The notes under the pieces: model-generated
Databases searched by the model: none
What the model was told of the DNA's origin: nothing
Seen by the model: the letters and a program-made list of their open reading frames with translations, nothing else
Source of the DNA: a virus
Lineage: Duplodnaviria; Caudoviricetes
Virus record (IMG/VR): IMGVR_UViG_3300037502_000670
Coordinates: 1-58,760 of that record
DNA length: 58,760 nucleotides
Direction: 5' to 3' (one strand)
Shown: piece after piece, positions 1 to 9,806 of the stretch
Layout of the letters: every line of letters starts with the position of its first letter
Numbering within the stretch: the stretch's first letter is position 1
Made by a program: the position numbers and the translations under genes

Positions 1-127
1 GGCGAAGCCCTTGATGCTGCCGAGAGCAAATTGCTCCGTGAAGCTGCCGGTATCACGGTCGCTGCCCGTAAGGAACTGTTCGACAAGATCGGCACTGTTA
101 CCGTGGACAAGGCGGGACGCGCCACTG
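1..127. repeat. Terminal direct repeat, identical to 58634-58760 (circular assembly overlap)
   Basis: GGCGAAGCCC...CGCCACTG occurs at both ends. The length of 127 equals a common assembler k-mer, and the reading frame continues across the junction. Confidence 0.95.
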
Positions 128-3100
128 TCTATACTGCGGATGATGCGGCCAAGGCTCTTCTTGGTCCGGCGGCTGCCCGCGCTGCTGCGGGTGGTGCTAC
201 TCAGGCTCAGGTTGGTGGCGCTGCTCTTGCCACGGGTCTGCAGAACTACGCTACTGGCGTAGCCGATCTGTTTGGTGAGAGCGTCGAGGGTGGTCAGCCT
301 GACCGGTTGATGGCTGCCCTTGGTGCCGTGCCTTATGCTGCTGCCGAGACGATCCCTGAATATCTTGCTGCTCTTCGTCTGTTCAAGGGTCTGGGTCTAA
401 AGGCCGCCCAGACTGGTGCAAGGGGTGGTCGTGCTGGCACGATTGCCACGAATGTCGGCATCGGCGCAGGTGCCGGTGCGGTCCTTGAGGGTGCAACTGA
501 AACCTTCCAAGAAGCCCTTGGCCTTGGCATGAACGCCGCTGTCGATGTCGATAGCCCCGAAGGTATCTCGCGTCTGCTCAATGCGTTTGCTGCCGGTGCC
601 GCCATCGGCGGCTTCATCGGTGGCGCGTCCAGCCTCAACACGGGCAAGGCCACTGATCTTCTGTCCGGCGGCACCAAGCCTGCCGAGCAGGGTGGCCAGA
701 CGCTTACCGGTGAAGTGATCCCGCCCGGTGGCCCGCGTCCTGTACCTACACCTGATGGTTCTGTCCCGCGCCTTGCTGCACCCACTGCGGAAGCACTTCC
801 GCCGCCTGCAGTTGGCATACCCGGTGGTATGGCCCCCGAGACAGCAGTGTCTCCCACCGTACCTCCGACACAGCCCAGTATGTTGTCGGCTCCCAGTCTT
901 CAGCTTCCGGCCCCGCCTGCTCCTGCGCAGGCTGCGCCCGCTGCGGCTGCGCCTCCTGTCATCCCCATGGGCGGACCGGCCACTGGTTCTGCGCTCCAGC
1001 AAGCCGCAGAGGGCACGCTAACTGGCGGTATTCCGACCGGACCCCTTGCCAATCGTCTCCTGCAGCAGCAGGCTGCAGCCCGCGAACAGGCCCGTCAGGC
1101 CCAGCTTCAGGCAACCAGTGGTTCTGCACTGGCGCGTATCGGTCGTGGTGAGGCTGTCGGTATGACACCGCCCGCCGCTGCTCCGCAGCAGCTTGAACTG
1201 CCGCTACCCGCTGGCAGGCAGAGACTTACTCGTGGAAAGAGAGGAGAGCCCAGTGCCGCTCAAGTCAGGCAAGTCGCAGAAAGTGATCAGCAGCAATATC
1301 CGCAAGATCGTACGCGAGTGGGAGGGCGACGGGTCAATCGGGTCGTCCCGACCGAAGTCCAAGCGGAAGGCCGTCCAGCAGGCGGTCGCAATCGCCTTGT
1401 CCAAGGCGCGCCCCCGGCCCAAGTCCAAGAAGCCCAGCAGCAGCCGAGGGCAGAGGTAACTGTTACCAAGACGAAGCGCGATCTGAAGCGCGGCGTCACT
1501 GTCGTTACCCTGTCCGATGGCCGCGAGGTTTCCATCTCCAAGGAGAAGGGCGGCGGTTCGTTCTTTGAGGGATGGTATCTTGAGGGTGTCGGCGGTCGTC
1601 CGTCCGAGCAGATGTCGCGTGGGTATCTGGGCACTACCCTTGAGGAAGCCAAGGCTGAGATTGCCAAGCGCGCAAGCGAAGGGCGACTGGAACAGCCTGC
1701 TGCACAGGCCCCGGCTCCCGCACCGGAACCGGCGGCACCGCCGAAGAAAGAACGCCAGCGCATTCCGAAGCTAAGCCTCAAGCCGGAAGAACCGAGCCCA
1801 AAAGCCGCAGGGGTCGCAGCCGCCCCCGCGCAAAAGGCTGAACCCTCCACCGCCCTGACGGTGGTGTCTGAGAACGAGCACTTCATCGAGCCTGAGGTCG
1901 AGGCAAAGATGAAGCGTGAGCAGGCCGAGCTTGCCGAGACCGAACGTCTTGCTACGCAGGACGATGCTGGTGAAGTCAATGACCTGATCGTGGCGCTCAA
2001 CACGCTGGACCCGGCGGATGTTGACTATCGTGATGCACTGTCGGCTCTGCTTGGTTTTGCCAAGGATAGCTCTGTCAACAAGGACGTGCGCAAGCGAGCG
2101 CAGGATTACCTTGAGAACGAGGTAGAACCCGAGGCCGTTAAGCTGGCTGAACGCTCCACGATGGAGCCTGTCTCACAGGCGGAACTCGACCGCAGCACTA
2201 TCGTTACCGCCATGGAGCAGTTCAACAACGGTGAGATCACCCTCACCCAGAAGATCGTCGGCGTCCTCGTATCGGCGTGGAAGCGCATCAAGCCGCTGAA
2301 CCTGACCTATGGCGACCAACCGCTGGCTGACTTCATCAAGGGCGGACCGCAGTTCTTCAACATCGAGAAGGGCAAGGTCGTCCCCAAGGGGCAGGGCCGC
2401 TACTCCACGACCATGTGGGATGTGGCAGACAAGCCGATGAATGTCGGCGCGATCAAGCTCAAGATCGGGAAGTTTGTTTCTGGCTTTGCATCCAAGCCCC
2501 AAGTCTACGTGTTCCGCAATCAGGCTGACCTCAAGGCGTCTGCCCCCAAGCTCTATGCCCGTGCTGCCGCTGGTCGCCCCGGCGACTTCGATACGGTAAA
2601 CGCTGCGGGCTACTCGCTTGGCAACGAAGTCATCATCTTCTCCGACCGTATCGGCAGCGACCAGCATCTGGCTTTCGTGCTGGCTCACGAAACGCTGGGC
2701 CACTTCGGTCTGCGTGCTCTCATGGGCGGCAGCGACTTCGACCGGGTGATGACCAAGCTCTATGACACGGACCCCCGTCTCAAGGCAGCAGTCGATGCTG
2801 CTATGGCAGTTCGCGGTCTGGGCAAGGCCGAGGCCGTCGAGGAGTATCTTTCAGACTATGCTGCCCAGCTTCACACCTCGCTGGTGCGCCGCATCTGGAA
2901 GTCCCTCAAGGGTGTTCTCAACCGGGTCGGTATCCAGTTTGGCGACGAGGCCACTCGCTACCTGCTCAGTCAGGCCAAGCGTTACGTCAAGACCGGCGAG
3001 CGCACTGGCGCGTTCAACACGTCTTCCGTTCTGCACCGCATGTGGGGTGTCGAGACTGGGCAGGTTGGCCGCTTCTCCGTGGTTGATGTCGCCAATGAGA

Positions 3101-6100
3101 ACGAGCGGCTGGCGGACTTCATCCGCCACACGAATGCTGTACCGCGCGACCTCAAGTCGGCAGGCAAGGTGCTGGGTGACGCAGCAACATCTTGGGACAA
3201 GTTCAAGGAGAAGGTGTTCAGCCTCGCCAACTATCAGGCGCTGCGGAACCCCGGCCTCTATGCGTTCGAGAAGCTGCTGGACGAAACCCGCCAGCGCGAG
3301 CAGTACGTGTACAACAAGTACAACGCCAAGCTGGAAAGCCTGCTCTACAAGTCCGAGGACCACCGCAACCGTGTCAGCCGGATGCTTCTGGGCGCGCGCA
3401 CCGTGGCGGTGTACCGCCTGCTGGAAAAGCCGCTTACGCTGGCTGAGCGCAACAAGGCGCTGTTCTCTCTGGATAATGACGGCAACCTGATTGCCGATGT
3501 CCGCGCCGTCGATGAGTTCATCAATCGCGGTATGCTGACGTTCGAGGAGATGCGCGATGGTGTCGAGTACACCCGCGAGATCATGTCTCCCGATGGCACC
3601 ATGGAGCGCCGCACCGAGAAGTTCCCCGGCTTTGCCGACCTGACGCAGGAGCAGTATGACGATTACGTGCTGTCGCGCCGGACCGTTGGCGAGGTTGAGA
3701 TGGAGCTTCTGGAAGCCAAGTATGCCAACATGCTCCACACCGAGGGTGTGTCCAAGAAGGCGATCCGCAAGCTGGTCAAGAACGGCAAGCTGGATGGTGA
3801 TGCCGAGAAGCTCGTAGACAAGACGCTCAACAAGTACAAAGAAATCTACGTGTCCGGCTACACGGTCGATGCCCGTGGTAATATCGCTCCGGGCCGCGAA
3901 GAGATCGACCGCGCCGATGAGTTCCTTGCGATGGTTAATCGCGCGCTGATCAGCGCCGATGCCAAGAACGACCCGGATGTCCGCGCCTTCTTCGATAACC
4001 AGTCGGACGCCGATGACTTCATGGTCAGCCTTGAGGATTTCCGCAGCAAGCGGAAGGTGCCGGACGGCGAGTTGACCTTCCTGTTCCAGAACGAGATCAA
4101 GCGCATCATCCTCGATGACGTGAGCCTTGGTGTCGAAGAAGAACGCGCCAAGCGTACCATGGCTGGCGGCTACGTCCCGGTCATCCGCGACAAGGCTTTC
4201 GAGATGCGGCTGCAGGCTTATGACGAGAACGGCAATCCGGTCCGTCTGCATGAGAACCACCGGGCACTGCTGAACTACAGCCAGTTCGACAACGCCAGTC
4301 AGGCAAGCAACGCTGCCGACATCCTCAACGCCGAGCTTGACGGCCAGACCATGGACGTTCTGGTTCAGCAGGATGACGGCAGCTACAAGCAGCAGACCGT
4401 GACAGTCCGCGCCGAGTTCGGTGAGGCGCTTTCGCAGGTGTCGGCTGACCCGGCACTGAACCTTGATGAGTTCATGCACGGCCTGCGGCTGTTCAAGATC
4501 AATCTGACACCTGACAAGATGTCTCTCGTCATTCGTACCCTGACCGAGGCAGGCGATCAGCTTCGTAAGCGCATGGAGTTCAGCAATACTCCGGGCTACG
4601 ACAAGGACAGCGGCGTGTTCGCCATGGCACGACATATCCAAATGCGTGCTGCCACCATCGCCAAAACGATCACTCGCCCGCGTATGCGCGACCTCATGGA
4701 CCGCAACAACAGCGAGAGCATGGACCTGTGGACCGGCGACCTTGGCGGGGTATTCTCCACCTACAACCGCTGGAACGCTGCGACTACCCCCGAGGAGAAG
4801 CAGCACTATCGCCACCAGCTTGACCACAAGCTGTTCATGTTTGCTGAAACATATCCCGGCGCGAAAGGCTGGGATGGATCGAAGGCAGGCTACGACCGGC
4901 TCAAGGCCGAGGGCAAGCTGCAGGAGTACAACTACAACCGGTTCTACAACTCAGCCCAGAGCACGCTGGACTTCCTCGACAACAACCGCTTCGTCACCGA
5001 GAGCAACTTCGGTGTGGGTCGTGTCGCGTCCGGCCTGCGGGCAGCAACCAGTATCTTCCAGCTTGGTGGCTCCATCGCGCAGGGCGTGATGAACATGGTG
5101 TCGCCTTACACCAACTGGCTACCGTATATGGCGAGCTACAACTCCCGCAACGGTTTCGGCGGCGGCTTCGGTGTCGGTCAGGTGATGGCTGCCTATCAGG
5201 TGGCGCTGAACCAAGTGGGTCTGCCCGGTATCGCGGGCACCAAGTTCAATACCGCTGAGTATTACGAAGCCCTGCTGAACGACCCGGCGGCGCTTGCCAA
5301 ATCCAACCTCACCCAAGAGGAAGCGGCCTTCCTCGCACTGGAAATCCGCGAAGGTAAACTTATCCCTGCTCAGTCGAACGCCCTGCTGGGCACTGCTCGT
5401 ACTGGGATTACCAACCGCTGGCTGCTGCGCGGCGTCGATGCGTTCATGCTGCCGTTCAACCGGACGGAACAGGCGTCTCGCCGTGCTGCCGGTCTCGCGG
5501 CTTTCCGTCTGGCAATGAAGCGCAACGGCGGTGATGTTGCCGCTGCCCGTGACTTCGCCATCCAGTCGCTCGACCTGACGCTGGGTGAATACTCCGTGCT
5601 GAACCGTCCGCCCGTGTGGCGCGATGGCATCCAGTCGTTCCTCTACATGTACAAGGTATATCCGACGACGACCATCCAGCTTCTGCGCCGCCTCGACAAG
5701 AAGGGCCAGATCATCATGCTGGGCACCTTGTGGCTATTCGCTGGTGTGACCGGCTTCCCCTTCGCAGAAGATATTGAAGACTTGGTTGACACCATTGCGC
5801 AGGCACTTGGGTTGCAGATGGGCAGTGTCCGGGCTGAGTTCGTAAAGATACTGGAGGGCCTTGCACCGGGCGTTTCGCCCTACGTGCTGAAGGGTGCCGT
5901 GAACACTGCCCTTGGTATCCCGGCTGACGTGGCTTCGCGGTTCAGCCAAGGTGACTTTATCCCCGGCTCCGGTCTGCTGCTGGCTGGTTCCACCATCGGT
6001 GAGGAAGTGAAGGACATCCTTGGACCCATGCCAGCCATGGTTCTTGGCGCAGCGACCTTCACCCGCGATATCGCGGCGGCTCCGTTCTCCGAGGGCCAGA

Positions 6101-6588
6101 CGTTTGTGGATGCGCTGCGGGCTTCGCCCGTTACGCTGGGCCGCATGTTTGGTGACACTTATGCCTACATGGCAACTGGTGCCATCGTTGACCGCCGTGG
6201 CTACGTGGTATCACCTGACATGACCATCGGCACGCTTGCCGCCCGTCTCATGGGCTTCTACCCCAAGGCAGCAGCCGAGCAGTATGACGCCATTCGTATC
6301 GCCAAGCGAGTGAACAACTACCAGAAAGAAATTGTGGCGGGCTACCGCACCGCTTGGGTACAGGCCATGCTCACTGGCAACCGGGCCTATGCCCGCCAGA
6401 TCGAACAGTCAGTGATCGAGTGGAACCGCGCAGCCAAGGGCACGCAGCTTGAGATTTCCAACTTCGTGAAGAATTCCCAGCGGGCTCTGAAGGAAGCACG
6501 GCGCAGCGCGGTCGAGCGTACGCTCAAGTCCACGAGTAAAGCAGGACGCGAGGAAGCGTCCCGCCTCATGGATCAGATGATCGAGTAG
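1..6588 (+). CDS. Giant internal virion/ejection (polyvalent-type) protein, C-terminal part; full gene join(57824..58633,1..6588), ~2465 aa
   Basis: Frame is open from base 1 and continuous with the ORF starting at 57824. It has a Gly/Ala-rich N-terminal region, a Pro/Ala linker and a zincin-like LAHETLGHFGL motif. It is the last gene of the ejection-protein block. Confidence 0.8.
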   Translation, partial: GEALDAAESKLLREAAGITVAARKELFDKIGTVTVDKAGRATVYTADDAAKALLGPAAARAAAGGATQAQVGGAALATGLQNYATGVADLFGESVEGGQPDRLMAALGAVPYAAAETIPEYLAALRLFKGLGLKAAQTGARGGRAGTIATNVGIGAGAGAVLEGATETFQEALGLGMNAAVDVDSPEGISRLLNAFAAGAAIGGFIGGASSLNTGKATDLLSGGTKPAEQGGQTLTGEVIPPGGPRPVPTPDGSVPRLAAPTAEALPPPAVGIPGGMAPETAVSPTVPPTQPSMLSAPSLQLPAPPAPAQAAPAAAAPPVIPMGGPATGSALQQAAEGTLTGGIPTGPLANRLLQQQAAAREQARQAQLQATSGSALARIGRGEAVGMTPPAAAPQQLELPLPAGRQRLTRGKRGEPSAAQVRQVAESDQQQYPQDRTRVGGRRVNRVVPTEVQAEGRPAGGRNRLVQGAPPAQVQEAQQQPRAEVTVTKTKRDLKRGVTVVTLSDGREVSISKEKGGGSFFEGWYLEGVGGRPSEQMSRGYLGTTLEEAKAEIAKRASEGRLEQPAAQAPAPAPEPAAPPKKERQRIPKLSLKPEEPSPKAAGVAAAPAQKAEPSTALTVVSENEHFIEPEVEAKMKREQAELAETERLATQDDAGEVNDLIVALNTLDPADVDYRDALSALLGFAKDSSVNKDVRKRAQDYLENEVEPEAVKLAERSTMEPVSQAELDRSTIVTAMEQFNNGEITLTQKIVGVLVSAWKRIKPLNLTYGDQPLADFIKGGPQFFNIEKGKVVPKGQGRYSTTMWDVADKPMNVGAIKLKIGKFVSGFASKPQVYVFRNQADLKASAPKLYARAAAGRPGDFDTVNAAGYSLGNEVIIFSDRIGSDQHLAFVLAHETLGHFGLRALMGGSDFDRVMTKLYDTDPRLKAAVDAAMAVRGLGKAEAVEEYLSDYAAQLHTSLVRRIWKSLKGVLNRVGIQFGDEATRYLLSQAKRYVKTGERTGAFNTSSVLHRMWGVETGQVGRFSVVDVANENERLADFIRHTNAVPRDLKSAGKVLGDAATSWDKFKEKVFSLANYQALRNPGLYAFEKLLDETRQREQYVYNKYNAKLESLLYKSEDHRNRVSRMLLGARTVAVYRLLEKPLTLAERNKALFSLDNDGNLIADVRAVDEFINRGMLTFEEMRDGVEYTREIMSPDGTMERRTEKFPGFADLTQEQYDDYVLSRRTVGEVEMELLEAKYANMLHTEGVSKKAIRKLVKNGKLDGDAEKLVDKTLNKYKEIYVSGYTVDARGNIAPGREEIDRADEFLAMVNRALISADAKNDPDVRAFFDNQSDADDFMVSLEDFRSKRKVPDGELTFLFQNEIKRIILDDVSLGVEEERAKRTMAGGYVPVIRDKAFEMRLQAYDENGNPVRLHENHRALLNYSQFDNASQASNAADILNAELDGQTMDVLVQQDDGSYKQQTVTVRAEFGEALSQVSADPALNLDEFMHGLRLFKINLTPDKMSLVIRTLTEAGDQLRKRMEFSNTPGYDKDSGVFAMARHIQMRAATIAKTITRPRMRDLMDRNNSESMDLWTGDLGGVFSTYNRWNAATTPEEKQHYRHQLDHKLFMFAETYPGAKGWDGSKAGYDRLKAEGKLQEYNYNRFYNSAQSTLDFLDNNRFVTESNFGVGRVASGLRAATSIFQLGGSIAQGVMNMVSPYTNWLPYMASYNSRNGFGGGFGVGQVMAAYQVALNQVGLPGIAGTKFNTAEYYEALLNDPAALAKSNLTQEEAAFLALEIREGKLIPAQSNALLGTARTGITNRWLLRGVDAFMLPFNRTEQASRRAAGLAAFRLAMKRNGGDVAAARDFAIQSLDLTLGEYSVLNRPPVWRDGIQSFLYMYKVYPTTTIQLLRRLDKKGQIIMLGTLWLFAGVTGFPFAEDIEDLVDTIAQALGLQMGSVRAEFVKILEGLAPGVSPYVLKGAVNTALGIPADVASRFSQGDFIPGSGLLLAGSTIGEEVKDILGPMPAMVLGAATFTRDIAAAPFSEGQTFVDALRASPVTLGRMFGDTYAYMATGAIVDRRGYVVSPDMTIGTLAARLMGFYPKAAAEQYDAIRIAKRVNNYQKEIVAGYRTAWVQAMLTGNRAYARQIEQSVIEWNRAAKGTQLEISNFVKNSQRALKEARRSAVERTLKSTSKAGREEASRLMDQMIE
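1253..1459 (+). CDS. Overprinted small basic protein (68 aa, MPLKSGKSQKVISSNIRK...KAVQQAVAIALSKAR) nested in an alternative frame of the giant gene
   Basis: GAGGAG SD at 1241-1246 lies 6 nt before GTG 1253. The product resembles the widespread phage MPLKxGKSxKxISxNI...QAVAIALS small-protein family. Confidence 0.7.
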   Translation: MPLKSGKSQKVISSNIRKIVREWEGDGSIGSSRPKSKRKAVQQAVAIALSKARPRPKSKKPSSSRGQR

Positions 6589-9429
6589 TCAGACCACGAC
6601 CTGTAACTGGCCGAATGCCATGTTGTCCACGTTGTCATCGGCATCGTTGAGGATGCCCTGCAAGCGGTCGTGGATCAGCGACACGCCGAACACATAGGTC
6701 TGGCCGATCTTCACAGGCGTATCTTTACCCATGCTGTACTTGCCTGACTTCGGTGTAGCGTCCACGCCTTCCTTCTCAAAGTCCTTAGTGATCTGGTTGT
6801 AGTCACCACGGTTGGCTGTGACCCACTGCTTGAAATGTATCTTGTCCACCATGATGGTGCCGTGGGTAAAGTTACCACCGGATGTATTGCGATACACGTC
6901 GATCCTGATACGGATGCCGCTGCGCGGTAGCCGGGTGTAATCGAATGTCGGCTTCTGCCCCGTGGTGTGCATGACCGTCAGCGAGGCTGCGGCATTGTCG
7001 TTCATGTAAGCGGACAGTACGTCGAAGCAGTCCATCTTCACGGTCGTCATGGACGAGCGGATAGCACCAAGCTGGTTCAGTACGTAGAGCGTACCCTTGG
7101 TATAGTCATACTGGATCAGCCCCAGTTCATACGCCAGCTTGTTGGCGAAGTCGGCAAGGATAATGGCGTTCTCCCAGAAGCGTTCCTGTCCGGAGAAGTC
7201 GGCGTTGTACTTCTTCTTGAACTCCACGATGTGCTCCGCGATCATGGCCCGCAGACCAGTCTCGCCTATTGACACAAGATGTTTCAGGAAGACCTCACCC
7301 ACTGCACCGTGGTGCTCCATGGCGAAGTTGTAGATCATGCGCCCCGCATCGGTCGAACGGGTGAACAGCGGATGGGGGTGCATGTTGATCTCAAGGATAC
7401 GCGCCATCTGCGCGTCAGTATCCATACCGGATGTGAACAGCTTCGATGCCAGTGAGCGGTTGGCGCTGGTGGTGCAGGGCGTAGCCCACGTCCGGGCTTC
7501 CTTCTCCTCAGATGTCTTGGTGAGGCGGGCCTTGTCGCGGCCCTGAGAAACCCAGTAACAGAAGTCACCGACCTCCTTGTCCGGCATCATGGTGGCTTCA
7601 TCAATCGTCACCGGCAAGTTATTGTACAGACCGAAACGAGAGAACACCGCGTTCTGTGTGAACTTGGCTGAGAAATGCAGCTTGGCTGGGTCACCATAGA
7701 TCGACTGCTGCAGCACCTGTGCCAGCGTCTTGCCAGCGCCTGTCGGCCCGCAGAGATTGATCACCAGACCCTTGAGCCCGGTGAACTGGTAGAGCGGTGC
7801 GGAGAAGCCGACACCCAGCACAAACATATGGACAGGCATGTTAGCCTTCTGCAGTAGCGATGTGAACTGCGCCCACTCATCCACGGTGCCCTTCGTGCTG
7901 TACAGGTTCTCAGTCACGCGCTGTGACTGGGATGCCATCGTGATGTGCTCAGTCTGGACTACCCCATTGGTATCCGTCTTGAGTATCTTGTCGCCCAGTA
8001 CGAACGAGGTATTGTTTTCCTTCCACCCCATGGTGGAGTACAGGTTCGTGACAGAACGTATCTGCCGTAGGCTGTCCATATATGAGCGTAGCATCTGCTG
8101 GAATGCCCCTGTCTGGTTCTTGTTTATGAGGACGATACCTCTGTCGCCCATCGCTGTCGGAAACTCGCGGCTGCCATCTGCGAGATAGGCTTGGCGGAAT
8201 GCCAACTCTGTCCAGCCCACATGCGGGCGCTTCCAGTGGTAGCGAACTGTCTCGTAGCCAAGCGTCTCATCGTAGCCATAGCCAACGGGGTATATGTCGA
8301 ACTTGCACACGTCGATGTCGGTGCCGTCCACTGTGTACTTGATGCCATCTGCCGTGCGCTTGTAGGGCTTGGGTATCGGAACCGTGAACGCTTCCTGATC
8401 CGGCGCGTCTTCCGCTACCTGCACTTCCTCGTACTGAAGCCCAAGCCTAGCGGGGCTGCCGATCTTTCCGTGGAACCTGCACTTCTTGCAGCCGTCCGGT
8501 CTCTCGCTCTCAAACTTACTGCACGTTGTCGGACCCGTGGCTGACGATCTCCAGTGGTTAAGCTTCTTCAGTGTCGCCGCTTCGTCGTAGCCGGGGTGCC
8601 CCTTGCTCCACTCGACTGCTACTTCTTCCGGCTTGTCGCAGAACGCTGCGATACCAATGAGCCCGTACCAGAACGGCTCTGTCACATCGGCTTGGTTGTT
8701 CACGCCCCACGAAATCTGCTGGCACTTCGCAACCAGTGTCGTTGCATTCGCCGGGGGATATTCTTGTTTGACTGCGAGGTTGTCGAGCAGTGTGGTCGTG
8801 CGCTTGGGTGCGGTAACTGTAACTGCAGCAGGAACATATCTATGAAGGATTGCCGACAGGTCTGCAGGAGCAACTTGGTCTGCGTTGAGCAGCACCTTTA
8901 CTTCGTTACCACCCTTGTGGTTAATCGTACCGGGTGCTCTGAGAACACGAGCACTATCCGTCACCACGGTCGGATCGACCTTGAACCCGTGTGTACGTGC
9001 TGCTTCCTTGAGCCCAGCGGCCAGTGGCTTCCATGCCACGGGGGCAAGCTCTTCGGTCAATACCCAGTACACATGCAGACCATTGCCGCTATGCACGATC
9101 ATCGGCTTCGGCAACTGCGTCTCGGAAATGAATGCGCCTAGCGCCTTGAGCCCCTGTTTCCAGTCGAGGTATGGCTTGTCTGGGCCGCAGTCCACGTCGA
9201 GATAGATTGCTTTGGTAAGCACCACGCTATCTTGTGTGCGTGTGTTCCCGCCGAACGATGACACGGCATAGTACGTGTTGTGCCCCTGCCCGCTCATCTG
9301 CTGCAGATAGCCAGCCAGCCCGTCGATATCATTGAAGAAACGCTGACGCGGATACTCGCCCATCATCGTGAAACAACAATACATTCCACTGGACGGTAGT
9401 ACATGCCGTAAGAAGTCCGGCGTATTCAT
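6589..9429 (-). CDS. Primase-helicase: AEP-type primase, Cys cluster and C-terminal DUF927 P-loop helicase
   Basis: YLDVDCG, HSGNGLHVYW and RVLRAPGT motifs; CSKF..C..C cluster; Walker A GPTGAGKT and Walker B VTIDE. Confidence 0.85.
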   Translation of the reverse strand: MNTPDFLRHVLPSSGMYCCFTMMGEYPRQRFFNDIDGLAGYLQQMSGQGHNTYYAVSSFGGNTRTQDSVVLTKAIYLDVDCGPDKPYLDWKQGLKALGAFISETQLPKPMIVHSGNGLHVYWVLTEELAPVAWKPLAAGLKEAARTHGFKVDPTVVTDSARVLRAPGTINHKGGNEVKVLLNADQVAPADLSAILHRYVPAAVTVTAPKRTTTLLDNLAVKQEYPPANATTLVAKCQQISWGVNNQADVTEPFWYGLIGIAAFCDKPEEVAVEWSKGHPGYDEAATLKKLNHWRSSATGPTTCSKFESERPDGCKKCRFHGKIGSPARLGLQYEEVQVAEDAPDQEAFTVPIPKPYKRTADGIKYTVDGTDIDVCKFDIYPVGYGYDETLGYETVRYHWKRPHVGWTELAFRQAYLADGSREFPTAMGDRGIVLINKNQTGAFQQMLRSYMDSLRQIRSVTNLYSTMGWKENNTSFVLGDKILKTDTNGVVQTEHITMASQSQRVTENLYSTKGTVDEWAQFTSLLQKANMPVHMFVLGVGFSAPLYQFTGLKGLVINLCGPTGAGKTLAQVLQQSIYGDPAKLHFSAKFTQNAVFSRFGLYNNLPVTIDEATMMPDKEVGDFCYWVSQGRDKARLTKTSEEKEARTWATPCTTSANRSLASKLFTSGMDTDAQMARILEINMHPHPLFTRSTDAGRMIYNFAMEHHGAVGEVFLKHLVSIGETGLRAMIAEHIVEFKKKYNADFSGQERFWENAIILADFANKLAYELGLIQYDYTKGTLYVLNQLGAIRSSMTTVKMDCFDVLSAYMNDNAAASLTVMHTTGQKPTFDYTRLPRSGIRIRIDVYRNTSGGNFTHGTIMVDKIHFKQWVTANRGDYNQITKDFEKEGVDATPKSGKYSMGKDTPVKIGQTYVFGVSLIHDRLQGILNDADDNVDNMAFGQLQVVV

Positions 9430-9456
9430 AGGGTCGTCTCCCGTTGGTGCTATCGG

Positions 9457-9485
9457 AACGAAAGGGGGAGCCGCGACACTCCCCC
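9457..9485 (-). terminator. GC hairpin with short U-rich tail upstream of the primase (terminator/attenuator or processing site)
   Basis: Minus strand reads GGGGGAG-TGTCGCGG-CTCCCCC-TTTCGTT. Confidence 0.5.
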
Positions 9486-9497
9486 AACCGTGTGATG

Positions 9498-9806
9498 CTA
9501 CTGCTCCTGACTGAGCAATTCAATAAGTCGCTGCACTCGATCCGGTTGTTCCATCTCCAGTACGTCTGGAGTGGGCCACCCCTGCTCTGTCAGCAATGCC
9601 AGCATCTGTTTTAACTTCAGCTTTACACGGGCCATGTTGGACATACGGGGCTGCTTGCCCCGTACCCATGCGTAATACGTAACCCGTGAAACGCCAAGCA
9701 CCCTCGCCATGTCGGACACTGACAGCAACATATGTCTGCGCAGTACCTCAACCTTGGCGAAGTCTACAGGCTTCGGTGCGTTACTCGTCGTCAGCATTGG
9801 TTTCAC
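9498..9806 (-). CDS. XRE/Cro-like HTH DNA-binding protein
   Basis: LSVSDMARVLGVSRVTYYAWVRG HTH pattern. The start may instead be ATG 9797. Confidence 0.8.
   Translation of the reverse strand: MKPMLTTSNAPKPVDFAKVEVLRRHMLLSVSDMARVLGVSRVTYYAWVRGKQPRMSNMARVKLKLKQMLALLTEQGWPTPDVLEMEQPDRVQRLIELLSQEQ

Noticed and set aside
1-127. 127-bp repeat as a biological terminal repeat
   Set aside because: It falls mid-gene and its length equals a common assembler k-mer, so it is best explained as circular overlap.
2851-4827. 658-aa minus-strand ORF (similarly 9709-10770, 12213-13259, 42983-44002, 45116-46786, 56153-57811)
   Set aside because: These are antisense shadows of strongly codon-biased real genes, with no recognisable motifs.
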